From Aulosira sp. ZfuVER01 (lineage in GTDB: Bacteria; Cyanobacteriota; Cyanobacteriia; Cyanobacteriales; Nostocaceae), in the NCBI GenBank assembly GCA_034530615.2, contig JAVRCV020000028.1, forward strand, positions 77,919 through 141,918: DNA of 64,000 bases. The letters are read 5' to 3'. Positions 51,919 through 62,163 of the stretch are shown in pieces. Positions within the stretch are counted from its first letter, which is position 1. Each line of letters starts with the position of its first letter. Under the pieces are notes generated by a model. It ran no database searches. It saw nothing but the letters and a program-made list of their open reading frames with translations, and was not told the origin of the DNA. Position numbers and translations under genes: made by a program.

Positions 51919-52578
51919 TTGTTGCAGCGAAATTTTGGCGGCTTCTGCTACCAGAGGATTACTATCTTGTTGTAAGCAGTTAAGTGTTGCTTGACTCTGG
52001 GAATCGGGAAGATTGCCCAAAGCTTCGGCTAAACGTTTCCGCAGCATCCAATCATTTGCATTCACAAAAGTCACAAGGCGATCGATCGCATCTACAGCAC
52101 CAATCTCACCCAAAGCCATAATTGCTGCCTCTTGGAGTAAGGGATATATGCTATCAAGGGCTTCTAGCAAAACTGCTTGAGCCTGAACATCCTTTAAGTT
52201 TCCCAAAGCCACCGCCGCACTGAATTGTACTAACCAGCTTGTATCCTCGTAAAAAGCGTGACGCAGAGGAGCTAGTGCCTGCTTATCCTCTAAGTATCCC
52301 AAAGCTCCTGCTGCCATTGCTCGCACGTTATAGTCTGGGTCAGACTCCAGTATATTCACTAAGATGGCACGGTTTTCAGGAGTTTGTTTAATACCCAGAG
52401 AGAAGACAGCCATACCCCGAATCTGAACATTGCGATCGCTGAGTGCTTGTTTGATCAAAGGATAAGCATCCTGAACTGGCATAGTTTCTTTTTGCAGTTC
52501 AATCATGGCTAAAACGCGATCGCTCACATTTGAGCTGTTCAACTGTGCGGCAATTTGTTCTAGGCTGGGTTGGGTCAT
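51901..52578 (-). CDS. NblB-like HEAT-repeat protein
   Basis: DPDYNVRAMAAGALGYLED, FYEDTSWLVQFSAAVALGNL, AAIMALGEIG, DWMLRKRLAEALG are close to NblB motifs. Confidence 0.82.
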   Translation of the reverse strand: MTQPSLEQIAAQLNSSNVSDRVLAMIELQKETMPVQDAYPLIKQALSDRNVQIRGMAVFSLGIKQTPENRAILVNILESDPDYNVRAMAAGALGYLEDKQALAPLRHAFYEDTSWLVQFSAAVALGNLKDVQAQAVLLEALDSIYPLLQEAAIMALGEIGAVDAIDRLVTFVNANDWMLRKRLAEALGNLPDSQSQATLNCLQQDSNPLVAEAAKISLQQLAKLL

Positions 52579-52657
52579 GGTATGTATCGCATTGGTATTG
52601 GCTCTCATAATTAAAAATCTAAACTAGAGTCAGTGATCATCCAAGTCCAAAATCACT

Positions 52658-53230
52658 ATGATTAAACTTAAAACCCAACTCACTCTCGAAGGATTCCTGG
52701 CACTTCCCGAAGGAGATATTATCTACGAACTAATTGACGGAGAAGCTGTTCCTAAATTCAAAAGCGATGAAATGTCACCAAAACTTTTTCATAGTTCTAT
52801 TACTGGTGCGTTATTTATACTATTTTCTGCATGGGCACAAGGTAAGGGAAGGGTAGTAATTGAATGGGCAATTAAGCTCACACGAAATCAACAAGATTGG
52901 GTTCCCGTTGCAGATTTGACATACATTTCTTATAGCCTCCTTCCTATCGATTGGTTACAAGATGAGGCTTGTCCAGTTGCACCCGAATTAGTCATTGAAA
53001 TTATCTACCCTGGTCAAAGTTTTGGGGAAATGACAGAAAAAGCAACTGATTATTTGAAAGCTAAAGTTCAACGAGTTTGGGTTGTTGACACCAGAGCAAA
53101 AACTATTACCGTTTTTTACCCTGATGCTCTCCCTCAAACCAAACGCGGTAATGATAGTTTGGATGATTCTCTATTTGAAGGGCTAGAAATTACACCTCAA
53201 CAAATCTTCCAACAAACCAACATTCCCTAA
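52658..53230 (+). CDS. Uma2 (DUF820) family endonuclease
   Basis: YELIDGEAVPK, MSPK.FH, VADL, PELVIEI, KATDYL..V..VWVVD. Confidence 0.88.
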   Translation: MIKLKTQLTLEGFLALPEGDIIYELIDGEAVPKFKSDEMSPKLFHSSITGALFILFSAWAQGKGRVVIEWAIKLTRNQQDWVPVADLTYISYSLLPIDWLQDEACPVAPELVIEIIYPGQSFGEMTEKATDYLKAKVQRVWVVDTRAKTITVFYPDALPQTKRGNDSLDDSLFEGLEITPQQIFQQTNIP

Positions 53231-53287
53231 CTTACACTAAATATTTATTTACCTGAAAAATCCTATGGTATGTATATACATAAAAAT

Positions 53288-53318
53288 GGGCGTAGAAAAC
53301 TTAAATTTTCCACGCCCA
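53288..53318 (-). terminator. Hairpin ending the cpc2 operon
   Basis: TGGGCGT-AGAAAA...TTTTCC-ACGCCCA with an A-run on the plus strand (U-tail on minus). Confidence 0.7.
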
Positions 53319-53341
53319 TAAAGCTTAATATAAAATTGCGG

Positions 53342-53608
53342 TCAATCTTCCGATGCAGCTTCAGTTTCAGTTGAACTTTCACTTGCAGAACGGATGCCTA
53401 CAATCCTACCCCCTAAGCGAGTAATGCGACGCATTTCTTCATTCATGCGGTTGTAGGGGACTTGAATCAGAATTGTGCTGCTATTGCGAATCTGATACTT
53501 ATTGTTCTCAGTTTGCTCGTTCTGGCGTAATCCTTCTACTTCGTAGACAAAAACGCGGCTGCTTGAGCTTGAACTTGATGCTCTTGTCAATGCAGACTGT
53601 CCCAACAT
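53342..53608 (-). CDS. cpcD2: Rod-capping linker CpcD
   Basis: SRVFVYEVEGL...IRNS...VPYNRMNEEMRRITRLGGRIV. Confidence 0.93.
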   Translation of the reverse strand: MLGQSALTRASSSSSSSRVFVYEVEGLRQNEQTENNKYQIRNSSTILIQVPYNRMNEEMRRITRLGGRIVGIRSASESSTETEAASED

Positions 53609-53622
53609 GATGGTTCTATCTC

Positions 53623-54495
53623 CTATTGTGCTAAGGTGATGCTGGCAACCTTACCGCCCAGCTTATTAATTTGCTGAAGGGTACTGGATAGCTGTTCGTA
53701 GGGGACGATGAACTCTTTATTGCTACGACGAACTTTGGGATATCTTGGCAAACTGATACTTGTAACTTCAATGCGGTAGAGGCCTGAGGTAGAACCTTGG
53801 GAGGATCTGCCAAAGGTGCGGCTGGGTGCTGTTCCTTGCAGTGAGGGTTTGTAAGCCCAACCTTCACTACCACCAGAAGGAGCGACAATCGCAGAAGCAC
53901 TATTTTTAGCTAAGTCAGAAGCCAGACGAGAACTGGTACCTCCTAGCTGAGAGCGATCGCTATTGGCATAACCGCGATAAAGGCGGAACATGCGAGTGAA
54001 ACCAACCGTTCTCTGACCAACTCCTGTGGTTACAAGGTCACGGTAGTAAGGAACGATCGCATCTCCAAAGTAGGCATCATACTCAGGAGAGTCGATATAA
54101 GAATCGATGTCTGCATCAAACCCTTGATTTTGGTAGCGATCGAGATGCTCAATCACTTCCGACTCATCGTAGGGAGCGCGTCCTAACAAATGTTTAATGT
54201 TCAATTCAATTACCCGAGTTTGAAAATGCGGGTAAAGAAATTTGGTTTTGTATAAGTCAGATTTGGCAACTCCGCGGACAAAATCCCGAACACTGAGTTT
54301 GCCATTGGTCAGCAATGACTCCAGGCTGGTGAGACGTTCTGACTGCATCAGGTAGTCGTTGCCTAATACTTGGCGATAAACTGCCGCAATAACAATCTTG
54401 GCATCTTCTGCTGTCCAGTTGGGACGCAGTTCAACCGGGCGTGTTTGGTCAAAAGCCGAAGTTCCCAAACGAGATGCTGCACTTGTGATGGGCAC
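53623..54495 (-). CDS. cpcI2: Phycocyanin rod linker CpcI (CpcC family)
   Basis: [45 protein letters not shown]-terminal CpcD-like domain; position in the cpc2 operon. Confidence 0.88.
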   Translation of the reverse strand: MPITSAASRLGTSAFDQTRPVELRPNWTAEDAKIVIAAVYRQVLGNDYLMQSERLTSLESLLTNGKLSVRDFVRGVAKSDLYKTKFLYPHFQTRVIELNIKHLLGRAPYDESEVIEHLDRYQNQGFDADIDSYIDSPEYDAYFGDAIVPYYRDLVTTGVGQRTVGFTRMFRLYRGYANSDRSQLGGTSSRLASDLAKNSASAIVAPSGGSEGWAYKPSLQGTAPSRTFGRSSQGSTSGLYRIEVTSISLPRYPKVRRSNKEFIVPYEQLSSTLQQINKLGGKVASITLAQ

Positions 54496-54538
54496 GAATA
54501 GCTACTCCTTGTAGGCTTGATATTGCAAAATTAATGGT

Positions 54539-55348
54539 TTAGGCAGGAGAAATATTTACCACTTTGCTACCCCGCTGATTCAGTCGTTGCAGAGTGGAGG
54601 AGAGTTGGTCGTAACTCACCAAATACTCGCTCATACTACGGCGGATTTGGGGAGTTCTGCCGCTACTTGCTTGCATAACGCGCACTCGATAAAGCTGTCC
54701 GCGATCGCCTGCGACAGTACCAGTCAGACCTTTTCCGAAGTTAGGGGTCTTCACTGGACTAGCCAAATTCAGAGCCAGATCCTGGGTTAACCACGCAGAT
54801 TTGTTTTTACCTTGAGCGCGATCGCTGTTAGCATATCCCCGGTAGATTTGAAACATCCGGCTAAAGCCTACAGTTTTTTGTCCTGGTTGAGTTTCAAATC
54901 CCCGATAATAGGGAACTATCGATTCTCCAAAGTTTTCTTGATATTCCGGTGAATCAATATAAGAATCGATTTCTGCCTCGTATCCTTTCTGCGTATAGAG
55001 ATTCACATGGTAGGCAATCTCTGATTCATCGTAAGGCGCACGACCAAGCAGATGCTTGTAGTTCAATTCGATGAAGCGGACTTGAGGTGTAGAGTAAAAG
55101 AACTTTTGTCTATATAGTTCAGATTGCGCTAGCGTCCGCACAAAATCTCGAACGCTAACGTTCCCTTGCTGCAATAGCGATTCTGCACTGGTGAGGCGTT
55201 CGCTTTGCATTAAGTGGTCATTGCCAAACACTTGACGATAAGCAGCATGAATCACTGCTTTTACATCTTCATTTGCCCGTAATTCTGTGGGAGGTGTGCT
55301 GGCAAATGGCTCAAATCCTAGCTGACTGGCGGCCGTAGAACTAGTCAT
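54539..55348 (-). CDS. cpcH2: Phycocyanin rod linker CpcH (CpcC family)
   Basis: [41 protein letters not shown]; first linker after cpcA2. Confidence 0.88.
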   Translation of the reverse strand: MTSSTAASQLGFEPFASTPPTELRANEDVKAVIHAAYRQVFGNDHLMQSERLTSAESLLQQGNVSVRDFVRTLAQSELYRQKFFYSTPQVRFIELNYKHLLGRAPYDESEIAYHVNLYTQKGYEAEIDSYIDSPEYQENFGESIVPYYRGFETQPGQKTVGFSRMFQIYRGYANSDRAQGKNKSAWLTQDLALNLASPVKTPNFGKGLTGTVAGDRGQLYRVRVMQASSGRTPQIRRSMSEYLVSYDQLSSTLQRLNQRGSKVVNISPA

Positions 55349-55383
55349 AACTGCTGTTCTCCTTAGTTTCAATCAGAAAAAAG

Positions 55384-55453
55384 TTGCCCAGAACCCCGAA
55401 AAACTGCCCATGCTAGAAAATTAGCATTCACAGCCTTTAGTTGTTCTGGGCAA
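55384..55453 (-). terminator. Long stem-loop between cpcA2 and cpcH2 (partial terminator or stabiliser)
   Basis: TTGCCCAGAAC ... GTTCTGGGCAA inverted repeat. Confidence 0.65.
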
Positions 55454-55463
55454 AAGGAAATCC

Positions 55464-55952
55464 CTAGCTTAGGGCGTTGATGGCATAGTCAATGTAAGAA
55501 TTTGCTTCTACAGCAGGATCGCCACTCAATCCATGATTTGCTTTGATGTGCTTGAGAGCTTCAACGTACCAGCTGGGAGACAGATCGAAGGTACGGTTGA
55601 TTTCTGCCAAACCACCAATTAGGTAGTCATCCAGAGGACCTGTACCACCTGCAATTAGACAGTAGGTGATGATGCGAATGTAGTAACCAATGTCTCGCGC
55701 ACACTTGTCTTTACCACGTTGGTCAGATGCGAAGTTCTTACCTTGCATTTGGGTGGTGTAGGGGAACTTTTGGTAAACTGCATTAGCTGCGCCTTGAGCC
55801 AAGCTGTTAGCTTTGCTGCTCAACGCTTTAGCTGCATCCAAGCTAGCAGCAGCTTGACGGAAACGACCAAAGGCAACTTGAAGTTCTGTGGAGCTGAGAA
55901 ACCGGCCTTGAGAATCTGCGGTAGAGACGGCTTCGGTTAAAGGTGTTTTCAT
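55464..55952 (-). CDS. cpcA2: Phycocyanin-2 alpha subunit (inducible)
   Basis: [38 protein letters not shown]. Confidence 0.96.
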   Translation of the reverse strand: MKTPLTEAVSTADSQGRFLSSTELQVAFGRFRQAAASLDAAKALSSKANSLAQGAANAVYQKFPYTTQMQGKNFASDQRGKDKCARDIGYYIRIITYCLIAGGTGPLDDYLIGGLAEINRTFDLSPSWYVEALKHIKANHGLSGDPAVEANSYIDYAINALS

Positions 55953-56025
55953 GCTGATTATTCTCTCAACAAATATGTAAAGTTGTGCGTCAGAAAGTAG
56001 AAAGAATGAAGTGCTGAGGCGTTTA

Positions 56026-56544
56026 TTAGCCTACTGCGGCAGCAGCACGATCGAAGTAGCTACCTACTTCAGACATCAAGGAGCTACAGTCACCACGGGT
56101 TACACCGTTGGGGTCGTTTGCGATCGCGATCGCAGCTTCTTTCATCTTTTGAACGCCAGTTGCTACGGAACCTCCGGGAACGCCTAGTGCCAGGTATGTT
56201 TCACGCAGACCGTTCAAACAGCGATCGTCTAAAACGCTAGCATCACCTGTAAATACAGCGTAGGTAACATAGCGTAAGATAATTTCCATATCGCGCAAGC
56301 AAGCAGCCATACGACGGTTGGTGTAAGCATTTCCACCAGGTGCAATCAACTGGGGTTGCTCTTCAAATAATGCCCGTGCTGCATTAGCAACGATTGTGGA
56401 TGCATTGCCGGTGATGCGGTTAACCACATCCATCCGCTTGCTACCAGCAGCCACCATATCTTTTAGCGCATCGATTTCTGAATCGCTGACGTATGAGCCT
56501 CTTGTATCAGCCTGGGAAACTACTTTAGTAAAAGCGTCAAGCAT
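56026..56544 (-). CDS. cpcB2: Phycocyanin-2 beta subunit (inducible)
   Basis: [40 protein letters not shown]-box upstream and linkers downstream. Confidence 0.96.
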   Translation of the reverse strand: MLDAFTKVVSQADTRGSYVSDSEIDALKDMVAAGSKRMDVVNRITGNASTIVANAARALFEEQPQLIAPGGNAYTNRRMAACLRDMEIILRYVTYAVFTGDASVLDDRCLNGLRETYLALGVPGGSVATGVQKMKEAAIAIANDPNGVTRGDCSSLMSEVGSYFDRAAAAVG

Positions 56545-56918
56545 TCCAGCATCTCCTAGAATAATTTTTATGCTGTGGATTCAAACTTGGTTCAAAACCT
56601 GAATTTTGATTTAGATAAACACAGTCATTGATTGAAAGATGGCTCCGCTATCATCAGTAAACAGGCAAACAGTTATCAGCGAGTTAAACTCGTTGGAAAA
56701 TCAGGGCAAATTCACCCCTAAACTGTTAGCTAGTTCTAATAACTAACGGTACAGCTATAAATCAATACTGCAAATATCCTCAACAACTATTTCTTTAGGA
56801 CTCACAAGCCCAAATAATGAAATAGTTGATCGTCAATTTTTCAGAAACTGAACCTCTTCCATCGAGAGTAAAGAGTTCAGTGGTTTCTTGAACCTAAATC
56901 TGATTAAAGCAATCCGTT

Positions 56919-56936
56919 TGTGCAAATTTTGTGCAA
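56919..56936 (-). promoter_or_regulatory. L-box (RcaC binding site) of the cpc2 promoter
   Basis: Minus strand TTGCACA-AAAT-TTGCACA, perfect consensus, about 375 bp upstream of cpcB2. Confidence 0.92.
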
Positions 56937-57626
56937 TTTTTCCACTCTCACCAAATAATTCGTTAAAAAATATTAAGCAAACGCTGAAACCCTCTCAGAT
57001 AAAGGATTGTTTGTATTTTATTTTTGTCTTTAGTCTTAAATTATCGTTACATTTGATTACATTGGTTAATGTTATCTAATGGCAGCGAAATCTTTAGAGT
57101 CATTGCCACAAGAAAGCACACCCAAATCTAAAAATAATATAAAAATATAACCTCTTGGTTATCGGGTTCATCCTGCTAAAACTGCATTAAAGTGCTAAGT
57201 AGGTTTTTTGTACCCAAATAGAGTATTTATACTTAATTATTAGCCCAAAATATTTTGAAGTAAAATCCTTTATGCGTCGAGACTCGATATTTTACCCTTC
57301 GGGTGACGCTCCTTCTGCCAAAGGAGGATGTTGTAGCGATCGCTCTGGCTGGCTTGATCGTTACCCGTTGATGTCACCAAGTGTGTAAGCGCTAAGTTAA
57401 CTGGTAACTTAAATTAAGAATTTCAGTAGTCTAAATTTAACCAAAATTGAAGAATAAAGATAACGGATTGCAAGTTAGATTAGCCGCCTGAGGAAGTAAT
57501 CAGGTCATCAATATATGTATCAACCGATCAACTAGCAATTGATCGTTTGGCGATCGCAGATGCAGTTATCTTTACAGTCCAAAGCAGATACAGATTGGGA
57601 AACGCTCAAATTTACATAGGAGCCAG

Positions 57627-58451
57627 ATGAGTACAATCACAACTAAGGATGGTACGCAAATCTATTACAAGGACTGGGGCACAGGACAGCCTATTGTCTT
57701 CAGCCACGGCTGGCCACTGAGCGCAGATGCTTGGGAATCGCAGATGTTTTTTCTCGCCTCGCACGGCTACCGCTGCATCGCGCACGATCGTCGCGGTCAT
57801 GGACGGTCGAGCCAACCGTGGAACGGCAATGACATGGATACCTACGCGGACGACCTGGCGGAACTCTTCGAGGCGCTGGATCTTCAGGATGCGGTAACGA
57901 TTGGACACTCTACAGGCGGTGGTGAAGTGGCGCGCTTCATTGGACGCCACGGCACCAAGCGCGTGTCCAAGGCAGTACTGATAGGCGCAGTACCACCGCT
58001 CATGCTCAAGACGGAGGCAAATCCAGGTGGGCTACCCATTGAGGTCTTTGATGGCTTTCGGGCGGCGTTTTTGGCTGACCGCTCGCAGTTCTTCCTGGAT
58101 GTAGCCAGTGGGCCGTTCTTTGGCTTCAATCGACCCGGTGCCAAAGTCTCCCAAGGGTTAATCAATTCGTGGTGGATGCAGGGGATGATGGCTGGGCATA
58201 AGAACACCTATGACTGCATTAAGGCGTTTTCGGAAACAGATTTCACCGAGGATTTGAAGAAGTTTGATGTGCCGACGTTGATCGTTCATGGTGATGACGA
58301 TCAGATCGTGCCGATAGGTGCTTCTGCACTCCTATCTGCGAAGCTCGTCAAGAATTCGACTTTGAAAATCTATCCTGGGGGAGCGCATAGTCTGGGCGAC
58401 ACAAGCAAAGAACAACTCAACGCCGACCTGCTGGAATTTATTAAATCCTGA
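57627..58451 (+). CDS. Non-heme chloroperoxidase/arylesterase-type alpha/beta hydrolase
   Basis: [22 protein letters not shown] nucleophile elbow, [13 protein letters not shown]. Confidence 0.93.
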   Translation: MSTITTKDGTQIYYKDWGTGQPIVFSHGWPLSADAWESQMFFLASHGYRCIAHDRRGHGRSSQPWNGNDMDTYADDLAELFEALDLQDAVTIGHSTGGGEVARFIGRHGTKRVSKAVLIGAVPPLMLKTEANPGGLPIEVFDGFRAAFLADRSQFFLDVASGPFFGFNRPGAKVSQGLINSWWMQGMMAGHKNTYDCIKAFSETDFTEDLKKFDVPTLIVHGDDDQIVPIGASALLSAKLVKNSTLKIYPGGAHSLGDTSKEQLNADLLEFIKS

Positions 58452-59097
58452 TGCGGAAGTATTGATATGAGCCATCACTGTTAAAAATCTGAATGGGTGC
58501 ATTCTTGATAAGTTTGCACCTGTTTCGCATAAGTGGGCTTCGCTAGCTTTAGATGTCATAAAGAAGGCAGGAGGCAGAGGAGCCAGTGCGTTCTGCCTTT
58601 CTTCAGATTATTAACATTTCTTAATCTTGCTTATCATTTTTCACTGGGCTGTATATACAAGTATATCTGGCTATGCTGCCGTCAGAGTGAGCTAAACTGT
58701 CCCAAGTGCTGATTAACAAGTATTAAGGAAAGAAAATAACAGTAATCAGCACAAAAAGCTTTGTAAACAAGCTTCTCAAGTCATCACAACATCAGCTTGA
58801 CAATTTGTAATAAACAAACGATCCAACGATATAGTATAAACAACAAAGAAGAACTTCACAGAGCAGATGAAAAGTTAACGATTCATCTGAAATGAGTAAA
58901 GCTCTTCAATTGTTTAAGAAATAAAAAAATCTTCCAAGTTTCCTTAAAGGAAGAATTTGGAAAGGTTTCATCAGTGATTCAAGCTACTGCTTTGAGTTGA
59001 TCAGGTGATTCAGGCGGCTTGATTGCCAAGCCTAATCAAACTGGGTTGTAACCTAATCCAAGCCATACTCGACTAAACGAATTAGGACATTGAGTGT

Positions 59098-59616
59098 ATG
59101 TTTGACGCATTTGCAAAAGTAGTCTCCCAAGCTGACGCACGTGGTGAATATCTCAGCTCTTCTCAAATAGATGCTCTGAGCGCTATGGTTGCTGATGGCA
59201 ACAAGCGCATGGACGTTGTGAACCGCATTACCAGCAACTCCTCCACAATCGTGGCAAATGCAGCTCGTTCTCTGTTTGCAGAGCAGCCCCAGTTGATTGC
59301 TCCTGGTGGAAATGCTTACACCAGCCGTCGTATGGCTGCTTGTTTGCGTGACATGGAAATCATTTTGCGCTATGTCACCTATGCTATCTTCTCTGGAGAT
59401 GCAAGCATCCTCGACGATCGCTGCCTCAACGGTCTAAGAGAAACCTACTTGGCTCTAGGAACTCCCGGTTCTTCTGTAGCAGTTGGCGTTCAAAAGATGA
59501 AGGACGCTGCTCTAGCTATCGCAGGCGACCCCAGTGGCGTTACCAGAGGCGACTGTGCCAGCCTCATGTCTGAAGTTTCTAGCTATTTTGACAGAGCTGC
59601 TTCTGCGGTTGCCTAA
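59098..59616 (+). CDS. cpcB1: Phycocyanin-1 beta subunit (constitutive)
   Basis: [32 protein letters not shown]; followed by cpcA, cpcE, cpcF. Confidence 0.95.
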   Translation: MFDAFAKVVSQADARGEYLSSSQIDALSAMVADGNKRMDVVNRITSNSSTIVANAARSLFAEQPQLIAPGGNAYTSRRMAACLRDMEIILRYVTYAIFSGDASILDDRCLNGLRETYLALGTPGSSVAVGVQKMKDAALAIAGDPSGVTRGDCASLMSEVSSYFDRAASAVA

Positions 59617-59711
59617 TTAGCGATTCATCAATTTTTTTGATCGGCTTCAGATAGTCGAACCAATTGCTAAAAGCTATTTCATCAAACAAGATAATTGGGA
59701 GAAAATCCGAA

Positions 59712-60200
59712 ATGAAAACCCCTTTGACCGAAGCAGTAGCAGCTGCTGATTCCCAAGGACGCTTCCTCAGCTCCACCGAAATCCAAACCGCATTTGGTCG
59801 TTTCCGTCAAGCTAAAGCAAGCCTAGAAGCTGCAAAAGCATTGAGCGACAAAGCTTCTAGCCTAGCTTCTGGTGCTGCTAATGCTGTTTACAGCAAATAT
59901 CCCTACACCACCAGCCAATCTGGCCCCAACTTTGCTTCTACTCAAACTGGCAAAGACAAGTGCGTTCGTGACATCGGCTACTACCTGCGCATGGTTACTT
60001 ACTGCCTAGTTGTTGGTGGTACAGGCCCAATGGATGACTACTTGATCGGTGGTATCGCTGAAATCAACCGCACCTTTGATCTATCTCCTAGCTGGTATGT
60101 TGAAGCTCTGAAGTACATCAAAGCTAACCACGGTTTGAGCGGCGATCCTGCTGTTGAAGCTAACTCCTACATCGACTACGCCATCAACGCATTAAGCTAA
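59712..60200 (+). CDS. cpcA1: Phycocyanin-1 alpha subunit
   Basis: Start ATG 59712 [30 protein letters not shown]. Confidence 0.95.
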   Translation: MKTPLTEAVAAADSQGRFLSSTEIQTAFGRFRQAKASLEAAKALSDKASSLASGAANAVYSKYPYTTSQSGPNFASTQTGKDKCVRDIGYYLRMVTYCLVVGGTGPMDDYLIGGIAEINRTFDLSPSWYVEALKYIKANHGLSGDPAVEANSYIDYAINALS

Positions 60201-60216
60201 TTTAAAGATGGTTTGA

Positions 60217-60271
60217 CCCGGAGGAGTATACAATGACTAGCAAAAGTTAGTGATTGTTTACCCCTCCGGGT
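60217..60271 (+). terminator. Stem-loop after cpcA1
   Basis: ACCCGGAGG ... CCTCCGGGT followed by a T-rich tract. Confidence 0.7.
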
Positions 60272-60372
60272 ATTGTTTTTTTGATCATTTGTCCTTTGTC
60301 AAGAATCCAAAGTCAACAGTCAAGGGTCAAACATTTCTTCTCCCTGCTTTTTCTTCCTCATCTCCCCCAACT

Positions 60373-61203
60373 ATGGATAACGAAGCTGATATCCGGGATG
60401 ATAACCAATTAACTGTAGAACAGGCGATCGCTAATCTCCAAGGTGAAGATTTGGGATTGCGAGTGTATGCTGCCTGGTGGTTAGGGCGGTTTCGGGTGGA
60501 TGCTCCAGAAGCCATTGATGTATTGATTGCAGCCTTAGAAGACGAAGACGATCGCACCAAGGCTGGTGGTTATCCGCTACGCCGGAATGCGGCCAGAGCA
60601 TTGGGAAAACTAGGCGAAAACCGCGCAGTTCCCTCATTAGTTCGGGCGCTGGAATGCTCTGATTTCTATGTTCGAGAAGCCGCAGCACAATCTTTAGAGA
60701 TGTTAGGAGATTCATCCTGTATTCCCAGGCTGATCGAGTTGCTGAATAATCAAATTCCCGGAACCCAACCCGCACCAGAACCGCCCCAGCTTACCCAACC
60801 CTTCGATGCCATTCTAGAGGCATTGGGAACCTTGGGGGCAATCGATGCCATTCCTGTAATTGAGCCATTTTTAGATCACTTCATTCCCAGGATTCAGTAT
60901 GCCGCAGCACGGGCAATGTATCAGCTAACTTGTCAAGAAACTGAAGTATCCAATCAGTATGGCGATCGCCTAGTGCAAGCACTTGCTCACGATGATTTGC
61001 AACTACGTCGAGCCGTCTTATCTGATTTGGGAGCGATTGGGTATTTGCCAGCCGCGGATGCGATCGCTGAGACTCTAGCAGAAAACAGCCTCAAGCTGAT
61101 TTCTCTCAAGGGTTTGCTAGAAAAGCAATTGCTACAGACGCCACTACCAAATTTATCGCCAGGGGCAATAAAAGTGATGCAATTAATGGATGCGTTATTG
61201 TAG
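60373..61203 (+). CDS. cpcE: Phycocyanin alpha PCB lyase subunit CpcE
   Basis: RVYAAWWLG, GGYPLRRNAARALG, DFYVREAAA, AENSLKLISLKG, MDALL. Confidence 0.94.
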   Translation: MDNEADIRDDNQLTVEQAIANLQGEDLGLRVYAAWWLGRFRVDAPEAIDVLIAALEDEDDRTKAGGYPLRRNAARALGKLGENRAVPSLVRALECSDFYVREAAAQSLEMLGDSSCIPRLIELLNNQIPGTQPAPEPPQLTQPFDAILEALGTLGAIDAIPVIEPFLDHFIPRIQYAAARAMYQLTCQETEVSNQYGDRLVQALAHDDLQLRRAVLSDLGAIGYLPAADAIAETLAENSLKLISLKGLLEKQLLQTPLPNLSPGAIKVMQLMDALL

Positions 61204-61254
61204 CAGCAAGAGCGACAATGTAAAAGGTAGAACTTAATTGCTTTCTTCTCCCTC

Positions 61255-62082
61255 ATGCCTGATTACCTTGACACTCTAATTCGTGCAGTAGAAGTCGCAG
61301 ATTCTTCTCTCCTTTTACAAGAAGCTGTAAAAAACCTGGCAGCGGCTCGTTTAGAAGGAGCTGTTCCTACGTTGATTGCCTCTTTGAGCTATAACAATCC
61401 AGGTGCAGCAGTGGCGGCTGTCGATGGGCTAATCCAAATTGGCGAACCCGCAGTACCCGGTCTTTTGGAACTACTCGATCTGCATAACTACACCGCCAGA
61501 TCGTGGGCAATCCGTGCCTTAGCAGGAATTGGCGATCCAAGAGGATTAGTAACCTTGTTGGGAGCAGCCACCGCAGACTTTGCCCTCAGCGTCCGGCGGG
61601 CAGCCGCTAGGGGTTTAGGAATGATGAAGTGGCACTGGTTCCCCGATGAACTCCTGGAAATTGCCCAAGCAGAAGCATTGGAAGCCCTGCTATTTGTAGC
61701 TCAGGAAGACGATGAATGGGTAGTACGCTATTCAGCCGTAGTTGGTTTACAGTTTCTTGCCGATGCAATTGCTGTCACTTATCCAGAATGGCGATCGCAA
61801 ATCGACTTCCAGTTTGAGCAAATGGCTGTCAAAGATAACAGTTGGGCAGTGCGTGCCCGTGCTTTGATGGCACAGCAGCAACTCCAAGCAAAGACAGCTA
61901 CTGTTCAACCTGTGACAGACGATCGATCCTCACCTTTGTCTTCTATGGACTGGCAGAAGATTATGGAAGGTTTGTACGGACGTAAGGGACAAGAGCGACA
62001 ACAGCAACTTGTATTTGCAGAAGGAGATCCACGCCGTTATCAAGAATTGGCGGTTGCGATCGCTCAAAATACGGATGAATAA
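61255..62082 (+). CDS. cpcF: Phycocyanin alpha PCB lyase subunit CpcF
   Basis: LSYNNPGAAVAAVDGL, NYTARSWAIRALAGIGDP, DFALSVRRAAA, EWVVRY. Confidence 0.93.
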   Translation: MPDYLDTLIRAVEVADSSLLLQEAVKNLAAARLEGAVPTLIASLSYNNPGAAVAAVDGLIQIGEPAVPGLLELLDLHNYTARSWAIRALAGIGDPRGLVTLLGAATADFALSVRRAAARGLGMMKWHWFPDELLEIAQAEALEALLFVAQEDDEWVVRYSAVVGLQFLADAIAVTYPEWRSQIDFQFEQMAVKDNSWAVRARALMAQQQLQAKTATVQPVTDDRSSPLSSMDWQKIMEGLYGRKGQERQQQLVFAEGDPRRYQELAVAIAQNTDE

Positions 62083-62163
62083 TTTCGTAGTCAGGACTGA
62101 AGTCCTGAATTTTCCAGCACTAAAGTCCTGACTACAAACCATCAAAACAAAATTGATAAACTA

